Source: a virus (taxonomy: Duplodnaviria > Caudoviricetes). Taken from it: a stretch of DNA of 64,000 nt. The stretch spans positions 1 through 64,000 of IMG/VR virus record IMGVR_UViG_3300032320_001881; one strand, 5' to 3'. Under the pieces are notes generated by a model. It was not told the origin of the DNA. It searched no databases and saw only the letters and a list, made by a program, of their open reading frames with translations. A program made the position numbers and the translations under genes. This document shows positions 1 to 10,258 of the stretch, one piece after another; the first letter of the stretch is position 1, and every line of letters starts with the position of its first letter.

Positions 1-927
1 TGCGCTCTTTAGACGTGGAGTCTGAACGCTTTCGAGTAAATTACGCATTACTTCTGCTTTTTCCTCGTTTAAAGGAGCTAGCAGGTCATCCATTGTGCGG
101 GTGCGCTCATTGGACTCTTTAAGGATTCGTACTTCACGTTCCTTGGATTCGACTAAGACAGTTGCCTTCTTAGCGAATTTGATGGCTTCAGCAATCTTCT
201 GATCTTTCTGAGCAATAACATCATGTAACTTACGAACTTCCGCTTTCTCATTTAAATGAGTAGCGCCAAATTCAGCTGAGTATGCTTCAAAAATACGACG
301 TCCAAAATTGTTCTCACGAGCAACTTGGATATCTTCTTTCAATTGACTGAGTTCAGCCTTGAGATGCTTGGTTACAGCTTGTGTCATCTTTTGAGCAGAT
401 TCTTTTACAAATCGTGCTTTTAAACCTTCTAACTGTTGGCGAGCATTTGTAACTAAACGAACTTTAGTTTCAACTACATCACGCTTGTCTTGGGCAAATT
501 CTTGGATTTCACTAGCTAACGCATGTACGATGAAACCTTCTAACTTCTTAAGGCCTTCGTTATGTGTTTTACGATCTTTACGCAATTCGCCAATTTCTTC
601 CGCTAATTTGGAAACCATAAAGCTATTAAACTTTGTGGCGTCTTCTTTGATTTTGCGTTGGAATTTAACACGATCTTCAGCAAGAGCAGCTTTTTCTGCT
701 TTTAACTGTTGAACTTCTGCGATAAGACTTTCTGATACCATGCGATCAAGGGCTTCGACCATCACTTGTTTGTCATGCTCATAGCGTTGTGCAAACTCTT
801 CGCGGAGTTCTGCACGTGCTAGTTCCTTAGCTTCAACGATCTTGGCTTCCCAAGCTTCATTAATTTCAGCTTTCGCTTCTTCGGTAACTAACTCACTATC
901 TAATAACGGCTTTAGTGCGTCTAGCAT
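1..927 (-). CDS. gp22: Prohead core scaffolding protein (T4 gp22-like), 3' end runs off the window
   Basis: Not in the ORF track. Hand translation from ATG at 927 gives MLDALKPLLDSELVTEEAKAEINEAWEAKIVEAKELARAELREEFAQRYEHDKQVMVEALD, a coiled-coil, E/K-rich sequence. Lies directly after the prohead protease, as in the T4-like order 20-67/68-21-22-23. Confidence 0.8.
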   Translation of the reverse strand, partial: MLDALKPLLDSELVTEEAKAEINEAWEAKIVEAKELARAELREEFAQRYEHDKQVMVEALDRMVSESLIAEVQQLKAEKAALAEDRVKFQRKIKEDATKFNSFMVSKLAEEIGELRKDRKTHNEGLKKLEGFIVHALASEIQEFAQDKRDVVETKVRLVTNARQQLEGLKARFVKESAQKMTQAVTKHLKAELSQLKEDIQVARENNFGRRIFEAYSAEFGATHLNEKAEVRKLHDVIAQKDQKIAEAIKFAKKATVLVESKEREVRILKESNERTRTMDDLLAPLNEEKAEVMRNLLESVQTPRLKSA

Positions 928-928
928 T

Positions 929-1585
929 TTATTTCCCTTCAATCTTAAGACCACGTATTAGACGAATTACTTCGCTTTGTACGTATCTTTGTGCTTTGTT
1001 GCTCTTAGCTGGATCCTTAAACATTTCCAAAATCTTTTGTCCGCCGGCGTGATTTAACAAACCTTCGTAAATTGCTGTTGGATATGCGTTTGGAGCACTT
1101 GGCTGAGCAACTACATCAACAGTAACTATTTCAAAGTCACTGACATGTCCGTTGCGGTCGTTGACATTTCCTGATCCACGACTACTAACCCCTAATTTAA
1201 CACCAGAGTCTAACATAGTCTTAACTAATTCGCCCATTGGTGTTGGTAATATCTTTAGCTTGCCATAGCCGTCTGCTCCATTCATCCACATTTTTTCAAT
1301 CATATGTGATACACGATCTAAATTAATTTTTAAATCATCTGGATGATCAACTTCGCCTAATACAGAGTGACCTGTTTTAAGTTGTTCGTTGATAGTTTGG
1401 ACTGCTTTAGCAATTTCATGCGCTGGATAGATACGCTCATTCGCATTCAACTTATCACCTTGAATACAAATCCCCTCCATATATAGGGTCTTCTTGCCGG
1501 AGCCATCCTGTGCTTCCTCAGACAAGAGTTTAACCTCTGCCTGAGTGAAGCTTAGATGTTCCTTGAGATAAGTGTTACGAGCCAT
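929..1585 (-). CDS. gp21: Prohead core protein protease (T4 gp21-like)
   Basis: Motifs N-x-N-x-R-x-Y, LGEVDHP, NLDRVSH, LGVSSRGSG and DVVAQPSAPNAY; position in the head module. Confidence 0.93.
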   Translation of the reverse strand: MARNTYLKEHLSFTQAEVKLLSEEAQDGSGKKTLYMEGICIQGDKLNANERIYPAHEIAKAVQTINEQLKTGHSVLGEVDHPDDLKINLDRVSHMIEKMWMNGADGYGKLKILPTPMGELVKTMLDSGVKLGVSSRGSGNVNDRNGHVSDFEIVTVDVVAQPSAPNAYPTAIYEGLLNHAGGQKILEMFKDPAKSNKAQRYVQSEVIRLIRGLKIEGK

Positions 1586-1594
1586 ATCTATGGA

Positions 1595-2539
1595 TTAACC
1601 TTTTGGAAAAGGTGTGCGTGTGTTTTGACCGCCTTGGTCAAATTTTGGCTTTGGTGCGGCTTCTAACTTACTGCCGTCCTTAGCTGGTACATTTTTAAAC
1701 TTGCCTGCGCCTGGTAAATCGCCACGGCCTTTGTCAGCATAGCTTGTTGGAGCTTTGTAAGCTGCTGTGCCATCTGGATTTGCTTCAGTAGCTGTGTTAC
1801 GAACTGGCTTTGCGGCCATTCCGGCTGCGCCAGAGTTAGCTGCAACTGGGGATTTAGAGTTAGCACCATTGTCGCCATGTGTTGGAGCTGGAACTTTAGC
1901 TAGGTTAACAGCTTCGCTCATTGGCATATCTTGAAATTCTGATGTGTCGTCATCTGCGTATGCATCGCCACCTACTTCACCATCTACTGGCTCCATATCG
2001 AACTCGTCGTCACCACCGTCAACTGCTTCGTCGCCCATAAGAGCTTCAAATTCAGCCATTAATTCGTCTAATTTGTCTTCTAGATCAACTACGCGATCTT
2101 CGATGTCGCCGTCTTCTGCGTCATGATCAGCTTCGATATCTTTAGTTACATCGTCGCCAGCTTCTTCTGCTTCGTCATCAAATTCAGCATCAGACTCTTC
2201 AGTCATGCCTTCTTCGTCTGTTTCAACTTCGCGCATTAAATCTTCGCTAGCAGAACCAGATGAGTCGCCCATATCTTCTTCGATAGACTCTTCTACATCT
2301 TCTTCAGACTCGTCTGCACGCTCTTTTTTGTCTTTAGCATCATCATACTCTATGTCTTTTTTAACTTTTTCAGCTGCTTTTTCAGCGTGATCGTCTTCTT
2401 CTGCGTCAGACTCTTCGTTCATTAAATTCTCATAGATTTCGCGCGATTTCTCAACTACGATATCATGGAATAATTCTTTAGCTTTCGCTTCTTCATCGTT
2501 AATTACATATTCAATTAACTGTTCAAATTTCGATGTCAT
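1595..2539 (-). CDS. Highly acidic prohead core protein (gp67/gp68-like by position)
   Basis: Very D/E-rich; lies between portal and protease; AGGAG SD and upstream TAAATA promoter. Confidence 0.55.
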   Translation of the reverse strand: MTSKFEQLIEYVINDEEAKAKELFHDIVVEKSREIYENLMNEESDAEEDDHAEKAAEKVKKDIEYDDAKDKKERADESEEDVEESIEEDMGDSSGSASEDLMREVETDEEGMTEESDAEFDDEAEEAGDDVTKDIEADHDAEDGDIEDRVVDLEDKLDELMAEFEALMGDEAVDGGDDEFDMEPVDGEVGGDAYADDDTSEFQDMPMSEAVNLAKVPAPTHGDNGANSKSPVAANSGAAGMAAKPVRNTATEANPDGTAAYKAPTSYADKGRGDLPGAGKFKNVPAKDGSKLEAAPKPKFDQGGQNTRTPFPKG

Positions 2540-2569
2540 TTATTTCTCCTTTAGAATGGCTCGTAAATT

Positions 2570-2575
2570 TATTTA
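2570..2575 (-). promoter_or_regulatory. T4-like late promoter (TAAATA)
   Basis: TAAATA core of the T4 late consensus TATAAATA, upstream of the head core genes. Confidence 0.6.
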
Positions 2576-2648
2576 CTAAAGAAGAGTAATACTAGTGTAT
2601 TATGGGGGTGAAATATGAGTATTTTATGTAATTTTTATTACAAAAAAC

Positions 2649-2867
2649 TTAAATTGCTGGCTCTGGAGGAGGAGCATATTGCATACTAACATATTTTAAT
2701 TTATCTTTAAATTCAATTTCGCGTAATTCGTTCATTTGACGAAGTTTACGGATTTGTTTTAATGTAAGACGAGTTTTACGCAATTGACCCATTTTTGGCT
2801 GAGAATTGTCGTCTTCTAAATCCTGATATGCCGACGGGTTTTTTTCGTAAAGTTCATTTAAAATCAT
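2649..2867 (-). CDS. Small head-module hypothetical protein
   Basis: 72 aa; TAAATA at 2875-2880 lies 7 nt before the ATG. Confidence 0.6.
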   Translation of the reverse strand: MILNELYEKNPSAYQDLEDDNSQPKMGQLRKTRLTLKQIRKLRQMNELREIEFKDKLKYVSMQYAPPPEPAI

Positions 2868-2910
2868 AGTAAAGTATTTAGCTAATAGATTTTAAACTGA
2901 ATATTTGATT

Positions 2911-3162
2911 TTATTTAGGTTTTTTATCTGTAAAAGTAGCGGTAGATGTAACTTTATCCATACTCATATATGCTGTGCAGGCAAAATTCCAGTCATCATT
3001 ACCTTGACCATCACCAGAAACTTCGTCTTGGCATGGTACATTAATTTTCACATGTTTAACAATGTATTCTTTGTCTCCTTCGAATACTCTCCATACATGC
3101 TGTAAAGAACCCCTACCAGGTTGTCCCCTAGATTTATTAAAACGAATTAGATATTTTTTCAT
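2911..3162 (-). CDS. Hypothetical protein
   Basis: Start overlaps the stop of the upstream oxygenase gene. Confidence 0.55.
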   Translation of the reverse strand: MKKYLIRFNKSRGQPGRGSLQHVWRVFEGDKEYIVKHVKINVPCQDEVSGDGQGNDDWNFACTAYMSMDKVTSTATFTDKKPK

Positions 3163-3872
3163 AGTATAGTAGTTTGGGCACTTGATCCTGCCCCAACTTG
3201 TGTATTTATTTGAGATTTTGCTACTATTCCTAAGTTAAAATGTATAAATCTAAATGGTTTTTCCGACGGATTTTTAGTAAATGAATGTGGCAACCATGAA
3301 TTTGTTAGCATTAATGTACCAGGTTCTGGTGTAAAATTAATCATAGTACTAGCATATGTAGCTTGCGACACATTAACTTCTGGCAAAGCAGAAAATACTT
3401 TAGCCGGTCTTGGATCATGTATGATAACTTTAGGAGGATTTTTTGGTACATCTAAGAAATAGAATCCAGAAATTTGATTATTTGGATGTACATGTTCCTC
3501 TTGGCCAGAAAATTTATAATGCTCTTGTGTCCACATTTCAAAAAACGCTACATCTAGATTTGTTAAATTATAACCTTGCCTAATTAATATATCTCTAGCT
3601 ATGTGTCCTACAAAATTTGTAAAAATAGAAAGCCTGGGGTCAGTAAACATATTTTCAGACATGTAAACAGGATATATTTCATCTAATTTGTTATTTTTTT
3701 TAATACGATTTACATATTCCCTAGTAATTTTATTAATATCTTTAAGGAATTCTGGTTTCTGTATAGTATATACAGCAGATGTAAAATAATGCCACTCACT
3801 CATTTGTAGTGAATTAGTTTGCGTTGTTTGATTAGATGAGTCGTCCCCGACGATTTCTACTTTATTTGGCAT
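3159..3872 (-). CDS. 2OG-Fe(II) oxygenase-like protein (TIGR02466-type)
   Basis: Motifs HVHP..ISGFYF, DPRP, P.PG.L....SWLPH and R..HFN, typical of phage double-stranded beta-helix oxygenases. Confidence 0.75.
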   Translation of the reverse strand: MPNKVEIVGDDSSNQTTQTNSLQMSEWHYFTSAVYTIQKPEFLKDINKITREYVNRIKKNNKLDEIYPVYMSENMFTDPRLSIFTNFVGHIARDILIRQGYNLTNLDVAFFEMWTQEHYKFSGQEEHVHPNNQISGFYFLDVPKNPPKVIIHDPRPAKVFSALPEVNVSQATYASTMINFTPEPGTLMLTNSWLPHSFTKNPSEKPFRFIHFNLGIVAKSQINTQVGAGSSAQTTIL

Positions 3873-3942
3873 AATTTTCCTTAGCTATGTATAGATGATA
3901 ACAGATATTTTACTAATTGTCAATTACTATTTGATATTTTGG

Positions 3943-5778
3943 TTAAGCGCCAGCGCCAGTTGCTGCTGGGCTACCTGCTGACCCGCCTGGCAATTGAGTA
4001 GGCATTGGGGCTGGACCAGCCCCAGTATCGGTTTCTGCTGTGCCTAATCCAGAATCAGCCATTTCCTCACCAGTCGCAATGTCTGCGTCCATACTAGATG
4101 GCATAATACCAACATTACGCAAATCTTTACCAGATGCTGTTATCGTGTTAGCAACATCGCGTTCTTCTTGCCATAATGTTTCATTTTCCAGGACTTCTTC
4201 ATCGGTTAACCCTAAGTAGCGTTTAAGTAAAAAGCGTTTACTCATATATGGCAATGGTTCAATAGCTGTAAATGTAGCAACACGAGCAGTATCGAGTTCT
4301 GATTGACGATAACTAGCAAAATTTTGTGGTTCAGTTAAAGTAATATTAAAGATTCCGCTGTCAATACTAAAGCCTCTCCAGCGTAAAAATAGTTTAAATT
4401 CGTCATCTAATTTCTGCATAATCAGCTTTTGCAAGCGTTCGCAATATTTGTTAAATCTAAATTCTTGGATTAATGCTGTTCCTACTTTACCATCATTCAT
4501 AGCGGCCCCAGAATCGTCTGGTCCTGTTGGCAAATAACTACTTGGCACTCGTAATCCGCGAGCCATTTTATTATTAAAATATTTCAAATCGTCAATTTCA
4601 CCAAGATTCTGACCGCCGGGTAGAACTTCTACAGAACTACCCCGTCCTTCAGACGTTTGCGGAAAGAAATAATCTTCATTAACACTTAATGGATTATAAC
4701 TAGCATCCATCATATTAGCACCACCACCAGTAACAGTAGGAATTCTGCGTTGATGCATTTCATTTTTTACACGCTCGACAAAAGCCATGGCCATATGACT
4801 AGGCATGTTACCTACATCAATTTTAAATAAACGACGTTCTGGAGCTCGCTGTACACGATATATAAGAACAGAATCTTCCAAAAGCTCTTTTTGTTTGTAA
4901 ACTTTATAAATGTTTTCTAAAATACTTTGTCCAAACGGCCAAAAATAATCTAAACCTTCATTTAAACTTAAATGTACCACGTGTTTAGCGTCAATACATG
5001 ATTCATTCATAGCTTGCGTAAAACGACTATTACCTACTCCACCACCTGCGCCACCGCCTGCTCCGCCATTTGGCGCATTATAGTTATTACCTGTAGTAAC
5101 AGAACCAGTTGAACGGCTTACATAATAATCTGACGTTGTTTTAGCCGCCATACTCATGTTTTGAAAGTTAGGGTTAATGTCACGAATGATATATTGTTCA
5201 GGACGTTTACCTTCTGACTCATTTACAATAACACGAGCAACTTTAATCATATCAATCCAGTACATTTCAAATGTTTCCGGATCGCGTACAAATACTTGAT
5301 CGCCATACTTAATAGTATTGCGGAATAATTTAAATATACGCTGGTCTAATTTGTTAAGTTTAGTCCATTGTATCAATTGCTTTTTAATCATTTCAATTTC
5401 GTGATCAGTTGGTTGATCATTGAATTCGATATCAAAAGGTGTATTATTATCTAAATTATTTTGTGTGCTAAATTCAGCAATAATATCTAAACAAGCATTA
5501 ACTTCACTATCACAATCCATATTTTCATATTGATTATAACGCTCTAAACGATTAGGATGCCCAGAATAAACTTCTGGTAAGCGTGATGCATAGTTACGAA
5601 AAGCGAACTCGTTACGGGTTCCGCTTTCAAAGTCTGAACCAGGGCGATTATACCCAGGAAGTCCAAAGTTGTTTTTACCCGAAATTGGGCTTAATTGTCC
5701 TAACTGATTTACATCAGCTACCTTGAAATACTTGCGCCAGCCGCCATTGCGTCCATTTTTGCCGTTATTAATTGCCAT
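3943..5778 (-). CDS. gp20: Portal vertex protein (T4 gp20-like)
   Basis: Motifs LLEDSVLIYRVQRAPERRLFKIDVGNMP, EDYFFP...GRGSSVEVLPGGQNLGEIDDL.YF and LRVPSSYL. Confidence 0.95.
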   Translation of the reverse strand: MAINNGKNGRNGGWRKYFKVADVNQLGQLSPISGKNNFGLPGYNRPGSDFESGTRNEFAFRNYASRLPEVYSGHPNRLERYNQYENMDCDSEVNACLDIIAEFSTQNNLDNNTPFDIEFNDQPTDHEIEMIKKQLIQWTKLNKLDQRIFKLFRNTIKYGDQVFVRDPETFEMYWIDMIKVARVIVNESEGKRPEQYIIRDINPNFQNMSMAAKTTSDYYVSRSTGSVTTGNNYNAPNGGAGGGAGGGVGNSRFTQAMNESCIDAKHVVHLSLNEGLDYFWPFGQSILENIYKVYKQKELLEDSVLIYRVQRAPERRLFKIDVGNMPSHMAMAFVERVKNEMHQRRIPTVTGGGANMMDASYNPLSVNEDYFFPQTSEGRGSSVEVLPGGQNLGEIDDLKYFNNKMARGLRVPSSYLPTGPDDSGAAMNDGKVGTALIQEFRFNKYCERLQKLIMQKLDDEFKLFLRWRGFSIDSGIFNITLTEPQNFASYRQSELDTARVATFTAIEPLPYMSKRFLLKRYLGLTDEEVLENETLWQEERDVANTITASGKDLRNVGIMPSSMDADIATGEEMADSGLGTAETDTGAGPAPMPTQLPGGSAGSPAATGAGA

Positions 5779-5785
5779 AGTTTTA

Positions 5786-5791
5786 TATTTA
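5786..5791 (-). promoter_or_regulatory. Late promoter (TAAATA), 7 nt before the portal ATG
   Basis: Sequence reads TAAATA-taaaact-ATG with no SD. Confidence 0.6.
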
Positions 5792-5796
5792 GTTGT

Positions 5797-8103
5797 TTAG
5801 CTTTGTCGCTGTAATATCTTTTGCGATAGACTATTGTTTTTAATCATTCCGTTAATCAATTGATCCAATTTGGCTATCTTCATCGATATTATTTTATTAT
5901 TTTCCGAAGAATCAGTCGATTCGCTTGTAGTTGATACTGGAATTGATCTACCATTTGGTAACGGAACTGCTGAACTATTACCAGATATCTGAGAATTGTA
6001 TTGACTAGATGGGCCGCTTAATGTTCCTTTACTGGGTCCTCCAGCTTGTGACATTAGCCCTACTATTGTAGGGCCGCGATTGCCAACTTGTTTATACCAA
6101 TCGCTATCCTTTAACCCTGTAGCAGCTCCAGTAAAATCACCAGACATTAATGCTTTTGCTGTATTTGGAAATTTAGGCCACCATTGTCCCATGTTAAATG
6201 CTAAATCGACCATAGCACCTTTGCCAGCCTCGTTAGCTTTATCCCACCCTGGGGTTCTTTGAGCGATTCCATAGTGTTTAGCAAAATCTTGCTCAAACAT
6301 ACTCATTATTTCTTGCTGACTAAACTCTCTATTCATATCAGCTGGCAGAGATTTACCAATTAAATGCCCTACACCAACTGTCCAATTTCCTAATGAATCT
6401 ATGTATGGTTTAGTTCTGACTCCTTCGTGACGGATAATCATTTGTTTGATGGAGTCCATCCCAGCAATCAAACCTCCGCTTATACTAGCCCCAGCTGGTC
6501 CAGGAGCAGCTCCACCAATATTTTTTAAATTATCTAGCGATGGCACACTTGCGGGAGCAGGAGCGGCACCTGCTGGAGGAGTAGTAGTGCCAGCTGGTTT
6601 ACCTGGGACAATTGGAGCGGCCCCCGAAGGTGGGCTACCAATACCAAGTTTGTTTAATAATGTAGTACCTCCTCCGATTTGTCCTTGTTTGCCAGCTGCT
6701 TGGCCGGCTACTCCTACTAATTGTTGTGCTACTGAAGTTAATCCGGCAAATCCTTTGGCTACAGGTTCAACTCCTTTATTAATCATTGTATCCAATGATT
6801 GTGTTGTATCTCTTTGATTTTGTCTTAATTTTACACTAGCTTTAACTGCTTCGTCGTTACCTTTAATTTGATCTTTTTGTTGATCTAAAGCTGTTTCGTT
6901 AGCTACAGTAACATCATTAACACTAGCAGCTGCTAGTTTCATCGTGCCAGATAAGTCACTAAAATTTTTATTATATTGACCATAAAGACCAAGTGTTGTT
7001 TGTTCACTTAATGTTTTCTGAGCATCCTGAGTTATCTGTTTATTAATTACACTAGCATCTGTAACACCGCTGTTTATTAATTTACTAGCACCAGTAAAAG
7101 AGCGTTGAAATCTTTGGGCGCCTTCACTATTAACAGCTCCAGCTAAAAACATAGCCGCATCATCAGCCAAGGCTTGATTTCCTTTAGCAAATGCAAATTG
7201 CATTACTTCTTTATTACGATCTATTTCAAGTTGAGCCGCTTTATCTCCAGCATCTACTCTTGCTTGTAAATTTTGCATAAGAGCACTATATTGCTCCATT
7301 GCTAAAGCACGTTCATATACTTTATTTTGTTGTTCAGCATTAAGACCTGTTAATTTTGTTAACCTATCTTGTTGCATAATAAAATCTTGAGCACTTTCTT
7401 TCAATTCCTGATTAGTCTGTACTTTTGTTGAACCACTTAGTTGTTGAATTTTTATATAATTAGCAACACCACTGTTTATGTCATTAACATTCATACCCAA
7501 CATCATAAAATTTGTTTGAGCATCTGAATTCTGTATCGACTGTGCTATATCAGCAAATTGTTTAGCACCTTTGGCAGCCGTGCCACCAAATGTTGCTAAT
7601 GTATCAGCATTTTGTTTCATTAAAGCGCCATACTCTTGAATCTCAGCAACAGTATACCCAGCGGCTTCTAAGTTTTTGAATGTATCTGCCATTCCGGTTA
7701 CTAAACCAGAACGGCTAATACTTTGGTAATTTTGAAATAATGTATCTGCTTGTTTATTGATTAATACTACAGCTTGAGCAGTTGCTTTGGCTGCACTATT
7801 TAAAGCTCCCCCGACAAAAGGAAGTTTTTGCGCCCAAGCACCCATAGCCGATGCGCCAGATTCTATTGCCTCATTATAAACACTAAGACCAGATTCGCCT
7901 TGTACTAAGGCTTTGCCCATTCTCAGAACAGCATTTGATGTTTTATCAAGATTTGCTTTTAAATTATCGGTATAATCTTTGATGCCAGTAGAAGCATCTC
8001 GCATAGCTTTAGCTAAATCCGCAGATATAGGTTCTTTAGCAGCTAATTTTTGATTATATTCATCTATAATCGCTCGTGCTTCTTCTGGACTAAATTTTGC
8101 CAT
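5797..8103 (-). CDS. Tape-measure-like tail protein with C-terminal T4-type (GH24) lysozyme
   Basis: Long Ala/Gln-rich helical region, Pro/Gly linker, then HEGVRTKPYIDSLGNWTVGVGHLI (E-x8-D-x5-T catalytic spacing), AFNMG and SDWYKQVGNR. Confidence 0.75.
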   Translation of the reverse strand: MAKFSPEEARAIIDEYNQKLAAKEPISADLAKAMRDASTGIKDYTDNLKANLDKTSNAVLRMGKALVQGESGLSVYNEAIESGASAMGAWAQKLPFVGGALNSAAKATAQAVVLINKQADTLFQNYQSISRSGLVTGMADTFKNLEAAGYTVAEIQEYGALMKQNADTLATFGGTAAKGAKQFADIAQSIQNSDAQTNFMMLGMNVNDINSGVANYIKIQQLSGSTKVQTNQELKESAQDFIMQQDRLTKLTGLNAEQQNKVYERALAMEQYSALMQNLQARVDAGDKAAQLEIDRNKEVMQFAFAKGNQALADDAAMFLAGAVNSEGAQRFQRSFTGASKLINSGVTDASVINKQITQDAQKTLSEQTTLGLYGQYNKNFSDLSGTMKLAAASVNDVTVANETALDQQKDQIKGNDEAVKASVKLRQNQRDTTQSLDTMINKGVEPVAKGFAGLTSVAQQLVGVAGQAAGKQGQIGGGTTLLNKLGIGSPPSGAAPIVPGKPAGTTTPPAGAAPAPASVPSLDNLKNIGGAAPGPAGASISGGLIAGMDSIKQMIIRHEGVRTKPYIDSLGNWTVGVGHLIGKSLPADMNREFSQQEIMSMFEQDFAKHYGIAQRTPGWDKANEAGKGAMVDLAFNMGQWWPKFPNTAKALMSGDFTGAATGLKDSDWYKQVGNRGPTIVGLMSQAGGPSKGTLSGPSSQYNSQISGNSSAVPLPNGRSIPVSTTSESTDSSENNKIISMKIAKLDQLINGMIKNNSLSQKILQRQS

Positions 8104-8113
8104 AATTTATATT

Positions 8114-10231
8114 TTAACTTTGTTTTGCTAGAATTCTAGTAGTAATATCAGTTTGTTTTTGCATGACTGCCAACATGGAATCTAATTTTTCTAATTCCAT
8201 GCTCAATAACATAGTTTGTTCTTTTGACCCACCACTATTATTATTTTTTAAAGGAATTGTTTTACCGTCAGGCAAAGGCACCACAGCTTCATTGCCGTGT
8301 AACATAGCTTGATAACCGCTTATAGGTCCACTTAATATTCCACCAGTAGCAGCTGACGGCATTTGAATATGCGGAGGATCTCCGCTTAATGGACTAAACC
8401 CATGTTGACCTAATAATCCCAATGATTGTAATTCTGATACTTGACTAGAATTAATATCTATTGCTTTACCTACATTATGTAAACTTCTTCCAGGAGCTGC
8501 TTTAGGATTAGTTCCAGAATTGACTTTAGCTTGTTCTTCCATCGACCTAAAAGCTGAATTAACTTGTAATTTTTTACCTGTGTTACTAAAATAAGCCGAA
8601 GCCATTTGTACAAAACTATTAAGTACAGTTGGATTAAGTTGTTGAAAGTGTGTTTTGCTTCCTGTGCCGCCTGTAAAATTTATAAGACTATCTATATTAG
8701 CCGCCCCTGCTCCAGCAGGTGGTGTAATAGGAGAAACGGTAGGCGCAGCAGTTGCTCCGCTAGTAACACCAAGTTTGTTTAATAAAGTTGTACCGCCCCC
8801 AATTTGTCCTTGTTTGCCAGCTAGTTCGCCAAATACTCCAGTTAATTGTTGTGTAACACTAGCCAACCCAGCTAAACTTTTAACAACAACAGGAATACCT
8901 TTATTAATAACTTGCTCTGCTGATTGTGTTATATCTCGTTGATCTTTAGTAAGATCAACCATAGCTTTAGTAGCTTCGTCTGTGCCTGCTATTTGTTTTT
9001 CTTGTTGTGCTGTAGCATCTTTATTAGCTTGAGTATAGTCCACTGTTGAAGCAGCGGCCAATTTAGCATTTGATGCCATGTCTCCATAAACTTCACTGCC
9101 TGCTCCGTACTGACTTAATGTCGCTTGAACTTTAGCTGTATTTTTAGCATCTGTAGTATATAAATTTAATGCTTTACCAACGTCTGTGCCACCTTTGGCT
9201 ATATAATCAGCGGCATGCCCATAACTTCTTTGGAATATTTGATAGCCTTTAGAATTTACGGCTCCAGCAATAAACAATTGTGCATTTTTACCAGCCTCTG
9301 CTCCGCCTTTAGCAGTAGCCGCTTTTATAAATGCGTCATTTCTTATCAATTCAGCTTTGGCTTGTTCATCACCGGCGTCTGCTTTCATTCTTAATTGAAA
9401 AGTTTTAGCCGCATATTGTTCTTGTGCTAATGCTCCTTCGTAAATTTTATTTTGTTGATCAGCAGATAATCCAGTTAGTTTAGTTATTCTATCTTGCTGT
9501 AGCATAAACTCAGCAGCACTAGCGGCAACTTTTTTATCATCTTGTTGTAACACCGAGCCGCTTAGTTGTTGTTGTTTTACATAATTGGCCATGCCACTGT
9601 TAATGTCATTAACAGTCATACCCATACGCATAAACTGAGTTTCTAAACCAGAATTTTTAATATTTTTTGATGCAGCCGCAAATGCTGATGCGCCTTGAGC
9701 AGTAGTGCCGCCCATAGTAGCAAGAATTGTAGAATTTTCTTTCATTAATTGGCCATATTGACCAATTTCTTTCATTGTATAACCAGCATCTTGTAAATTC
9801 TTAAAAGCATCGTTCATTCCAGTAGCAATACCAGAACGACTTATATCTTGATAACTTTTAAATAAAGCGTCGGCTTGATCAGCTACAGCATTTTCATAAG
9901 TGGCTGCAGCTTCTGCTACAGCGCCTAATGCTTTTCCAACATAAGGAATTTTTGAAACCCAATTGCTAAAGGTCTTAGCACCTTGTTTAATAGTATTGTT
10001 ATAAACCGCAGCCCCGGATTCTCCATTGACCATGGACATACCAAGAGATTTTAAACTATTAACTAAAGCTTCTTTACTAGCCTTTAAATTTCTCGTGTAG
10101 TCTTTTACACCTGTGGAAGCATCTTTGAAAGCTCGTGCCAAATTTTCAGAAATTGGAATACCTTCGTTTAAGTGTCTAGTGTATTCATCTATAATATCTT
10201 GAATTTCTTTTGGGTCGAATTGTTCTGCCAT
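8114..10231 (-). CDS. Tape-measure-like tail protein with C-terminal peptidase M15 domain
   Basis: Paralog of 5797..8103; SAFRS..EQ, APGRSLHNVGKAIDI (SxH-x6-D) and DPPHIQ Zn-peptidase motifs. Confidence 0.75.
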   Translation of the reverse strand: MAEQFDPKEIQDIIDEYTRHLNEGIPISENLARAFKDASTGVKDYTRNLKASKEALVNSLKSLGMSMVNGESGAAVYNNTIKQGAKTFSNWVSKIPYVGKALGAVAEAAATYENAVADQADALFKSYQDISRSGIATGMNDAFKNLQDAGYTMKEIGQYGQLMKENSTILATMGGTTAQGASAFAAASKNIKNSGLETQFMRMGMTVNDINSGMANYVKQQQLSGSVLQQDDKKVAASAAEFMLQQDRITKLTGLSADQQNKIYEGALAQEQYAAKTFQLRMKADAGDEQAKAELIRNDAFIKAATAKGGAEAGKNAQLFIAGAVNSKGYQIFQRSYGHAADYIAKGGTDVGKALNLYTTDAKNTAKVQATLSQYGAGSEVYGDMASNAKLAAASTVDYTQANKDATAQQEKQIAGTDEATKAMVDLTKDQRDITQSAEQVINKGIPVVVKSLAGLASVTQQLTGVFGELAGKQGQIGGGTTLLNKLGVTSGATAAPTVSPITPPAGAGAANIDSLINFTGGTGSKTHFQQLNPTVLNSFVQMASAYFSNTGKKLQVNSAFRSMEEQAKVNSGTNPKAAPGRSLHNVGKAIDINSSQVSELQSLGLLGQHGFSPLSGDPPHIQMPSAATGGILSGPISGYQAMLHGNEAVVPLPDGKTIPLKNNNSGGSKEQTMLLSMELEKLDSMLAVMQKQTDITTRILAKQS

Positions 10232-10237
10232 AATTAA

Positions 10238-10245
10238 TATTTATA
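10238..10245 (-). promoter_or_regulatory. Late promoter TATAAATA (exact T4 consensus)
   Basis: Sequence reads TATAAATA-ttaatt-ATG. Confidence 0.7.
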
Positions 10246-10258
10246 CAAGGAAAAACCT

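Noticed and set aside
485-8942. Plus-strand ORFs 485..712, 1944..2126, 2205..2390, 2905..3105, 6080..6262, 6446..6817 and 8655..8942, and minus-strand 1663..1878
   Set aside because: Shadows of well-supported genes; their composition mirrors the sense-strand codons and they show no independent signals.
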